Assembly (NCBI GenBank): GCA_005889405.1
Contig: VBFY01000061.1
Location: forward strand, 64,769 to 128,768
DNA length: 64,000 nucleotides
DNA from: Chloroflexota bacterium
GTDB taxonomy: Bacteria; Chloroflexota; Limnocylindria; P2-11E
Direction of reading: 5' to 3'
Below, piece after piece: positions 61,443-64,000 of this stretch. A program made the position numbers and the translations under genes. The notes below the pieces were generated by a model, which saw nothing but the letters and a program-made list of their open reading frames with translations, was not told where the DNA came from and ran no database searches. Position 1 is the first letter of the stretch. Every line of letters begins with the position of its first letter.

Positions 61443-63344
61443 TTACCTCGGCTTTGGCTGGACGGTGTACGCCTCGATGACGTCGCCGACCTGGATGTCA
61501 TTGGTGTCGAGCGTGATCCCGCACTCAAGACCCGCGGCGACCTCGCGCACGTCGTCCTTCACGCGGCGCAGCGACTCGATGTGACCGTCATGCACGACCT
61601 CGCCCCCGCGCAGCAGGCGAGCCTGCACCCCGCGCCGCATGACACCGTCGAGCACGCCGCATCCTGCGATCGTCGTCTTGCCGGCTGTGAAGATCTGCCG
61701 CACCTCGGCGTGACCAATGACGGTCTCGACCATCACCGGCTCGAGCATGCCCGTGAGCGCCTTCTGCACGTCGTCGAGCAGCTCGTAGATGACCTTGTAC
61801 TGACGGACGTCGACGTTGCTCTGATCGGCGACGCGTTTTGCGGGCGCCTCCATCTTCGTGTTGAAGCCGATGACGACCGCGCTCGACGCCGCTGCGAGCG
61901 TGAGGTCCGACTCGGTGATGTCGCCGACGGCGTCGTGGATCACCTGCAGGCCGACCTCCTCCTGCGGGATCTTCGCGAGCGCGCCCTTGATCGCCTCGAG
62001 CGAGCCCTGGACATCGGCCTTCAGGACGAGCTTGAGCTCCTTGGCCTTGCCTTCCTTGACCTGCGCGAACATCTCGTCAAGCGTCGCGGGCTTCTCCGAG
62101 GCTCCTGCGCCCGCACGCTCGCGCGCGTTCGCAGCAACAAGCGCCTTGGCGGTCTTCTCGTCCGCAATCGCGCGGAAGACATCGCCGGCCTCGGGCACGC
62201 CGGGCAGGCCGAGGATCTCGACCGGGCGGGACGGTTCGGCGCGGCCGACAGGCTTGCCTTTGTCGTCGGTCATCGCGCGCACTCGTCCGTACGTGACGCC
62301 GGCGACGACGAGGTCGCCGCGCTCGAGCGTTCCGGTCTGCACGAGGACGGTCGCGACCGGTCCGCGCTTCGTATCGAGGTGTGCTTCGACGACGCGCCCA
62401 ATGGCGGGCCGGTCGGGGTTGGCGGTGAGTTCGGCGACATCCGCGACCAGAAGGACGGTCTCGAGCAGATCGTCGATGCCCAGCTTCGTGCGCGCTGACA
62501 CCGGCACGAGGGGCGTATCGCCGCCGTACTCCTCGATCGTGACGTTGTGCTCGGCGAGCTGGGCTTTGACCTGGTCGGGGTTCGCATCGGCCTTGTCCAT
62601 CTTGTTGAGCGCCACGACGATCGGGACGCCGGCGGCCTTCACATGCGAGATCGCCTCGATGGTCTGCGGCTGCACGCCGTCGTCGGCCGCGACGACCAGG
62701 ATGGCGACGTCCGTGAGCTGCGCGCCGCGCGCGCGCATCGCGGTGAAGGCTTCGTGACCGGGCGTGTCGAGGAACGTGACCTTGCGGTCCTTGTACTCGA
62801 TCTGATACGCGCCGATGTGCTGCGTGATCCCACCCGCCTCACGCGCGGTCACATTGGTGGTGCGGATCGCGTCGAGGAGGCTCGTCTTGCCGTGGTCGAC
62901 GTGCCCGAGGATGGTGATGACCGGCGGGCGCGGCTTGAGCTTGCTCGCGTCCTCCTCGGTCCAGAGCTCCGGCTTCAGGGGCGTGATCTCGGCTTCGGCG
63001 TCCTCGACTGCGGGCGGCGCCTCTTCCTCGGCCTTGGTCTCGATACCGAGCTCGGTCGCAACGAGGCTGGCGGTGTCGAAATCGATCGTCGTGTTGATCG
63101 ACGCCATCGTGCCCATGTTCACCAGCGCGCGCATCAGATCGACGATGCTGACCTCGAGGAGCGTCGCGAGCTCGCGTACTGAGACCTGCTTCGGTAGCAC
63201 GACCGGCGCGCGGCCTTCGATCACCGCTACGGCAGGCGCGGTCTGTTCGACCGGCGCCACGACCGCCTGCGGGCGCTGTGGCCTACGGCCCCGTGGTCGG
63301 GGGCCGCGTTGTGGCGGGAACCGCCGTGGTCGTGCCTTGGGCAT
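61443..63344 (-). CDS. infB: Translation initiation factor IF-2
   Basis: GHVDHGKTSLLD, EAGGITQHIGAY, DTPGHEAF, NKMD; ATG 63344 in TAATG overlap. Confidence 0.98.
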   Translation of the reverse strand: MPKARPRRFPPQRGPRPRGRRPQRPQAVVAPVEQTAPAVAVIEGRAPVVLPKQVSVRELATLLEVSIVDLMRALVNMGTMASINTTIDFDTASLVATELGIETKAEEEAPPAVEDAEAEITPLKPELWTEEDASKLKPRPPVITILGHVDHGKTSLLDAIRTTNVTAREAGGITQHIGAYQIEYKDRKVTFLDTPGHEAFTAMRARGAQLTDVAILVVAADDGVQPQTIEAISHVKAAGVPIVVALNKMDKADANPDQVKAQLAEHNVTIEEYGGDTPLVPVSARTKLGIDDLLETVLLVADVAELTANPDRPAIGRVVEAHLDTKRGPVATVLVQTGTLERGDLVVAGVTYGRVRAMTDDKGKPVGRAEPSRPVEILGLPGVPEAGDVFRAIADEKTAKALVAANARERAGAGASEKPATLDEMFAQVKEGKAKELKLVLKADVQGSLEAIKGALAKIPQEEVGLQVIHDAVGDITESDLTLAAASSAVVIGFNTKMEAPAKRVADQSNVDVRQYKVIYELLDDVQKALTGMLEPVMVETVIGHAEVRQIFTAGKTTIAGCGVLDGVMRRGVQARLLRGGEVVHDGHIESLRRVKDDVREVAAGLECGITLDTNDIQVGDVIEAYTVQPKPR

Positions 63345-63709
63345 TACGCGGTCTCCTTCTGTCGTGCGCGAGCCGCTTCGTCTAGTTCTACCTTCAATCG
63401 CTCCGCGGTGGCGGCGTCGATCGGGATCTCGAGCGCCTTCGCCAGTACTCCCTCGCGCAGACCGCGCTCGAGGCAGGCTTGATCCGGGTCGAGGTACGCA
63501 CCTCGGCCGGGGGCCTTGCCGCGAAGGTCCACCGTCACCTCCCCCGCCGGAGACCGCACGATGCGCACGAGCTCCCGCTTCGCGTGGACGGTGTGGCACG
63601 CCACGCAGGTCCGCTGCGGAAGAGGCCGACGGCCGACAGCCGCGGTCCCCTTCGGGCTAACGGCGTTCCTTCTTTTTCTTGGCTCCGAGGAGCGCTCGGT
63701 CCTCTTCAT
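63344..63709 (-). CDS. ylxR: YlxR/RnpM family protein (start uncertain)
   Basis: P.RTCVAC...K.EL.RIV, GRGAY; located between nusA and infB. Confidence 0.9.
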   Translation of the reverse strand: MKRTERSSEPRKRRNAVSPKGTAAVGRRPLPQRTCVACHTVHAKRELVRIVRSPAGEVTVDLRGKAPGRGAYLDPDQACLERGLREGVLAKALEIPIDAATAERLKVELDEAARARQKETA

Positions 63710-63998
63710 CAAGCTCCTCTTCGTCCGCCATGGCCGACTCGGCCTCGACCTCGGCGATGAGATCGTGGCTCGGTTCGGCGTCTTCTTCGACGACCGGGGC
63801 CGCCTCCACCACGGCCGCGACCGGCTCTGGCTCGGGCTCCGGCTCGAGCTCGGCGCGGACTTCCGACTCGCTGCGGATGTCGATCCGCCAGCCAGTGAGC
63901 TTCGCAGCAAGCCGCGCGTTCTGACCTTCCTTGCCGATCGCGAGCGAAAGCTGCCGATCGGGTACGACGACGTACGCCGTCTTGTCATCCGCGACGAT
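63657..63998 (-). CDS. nusA: NusA, C-terminal part (begins beyond window)
   Basis: [31 protein letters not shown] then acidic tail; TAG at 63657-63659. Confidence 0.96.
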   Translation of the reverse strand: MVADDKTAYVVVPDRQLSLAIGKEGQNARLAAKLTGWRIDIRSESEVRAELEPEPEPEPVAAVVEAAPVVEEDAEPSHDLIAEVEAESAMADEEELDEEDRALLGAKKKKERR

Positions 63999-64000
63999 GT

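Overview
High-GC bacterial chromosomal segment. Gene content and protein style suggest a monoderm Chloroflexota, possibly Ca. Limnocylindria (inference only). Two core blocks converge. On the + strand: rny-ymdB-VOC-PHP-membrane protein-MoxR-DUF58-DUF4129-miaA-hflX (1-10 kb). On the - strand: nusA-ylxR-infB-rbfA-nrnA-truB-GT-C-ribF-rpsO-pnp-GT2-ChbG-MTase-udg-rnj-ftsK-rodZ-pgsA-cinA-MTase-hom-lysC, then asd (40-64 kb). The accessory middle holds tandem C39 peptidases, a two-component system, a membrane protein with a doubled PmoC-like metal motif, GSII, bactofilin/FecR genes and a beta-propeller hydrolase. The strongest candidate for an undescribed system is at 27.7-30.6 kb: a Xer-like tyrosine recombinase overlapping a free-standing LAGLIDADG endonuclease, with a dif-like site upstream, a perfect palindrome downstream and a FitAB-type toxin-antitoxin next to it. 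Other points: four genes lack ATG/GTG/TTG starts (ATA or CTG), many genes look leaderless, and an Lgm/NaxD-like amino-sugar transfer set sits inside the translation superoperon. I saw no rRNA, tRNA or CRISPR array. All calls come from motif recognition by eye; no database searches were run.
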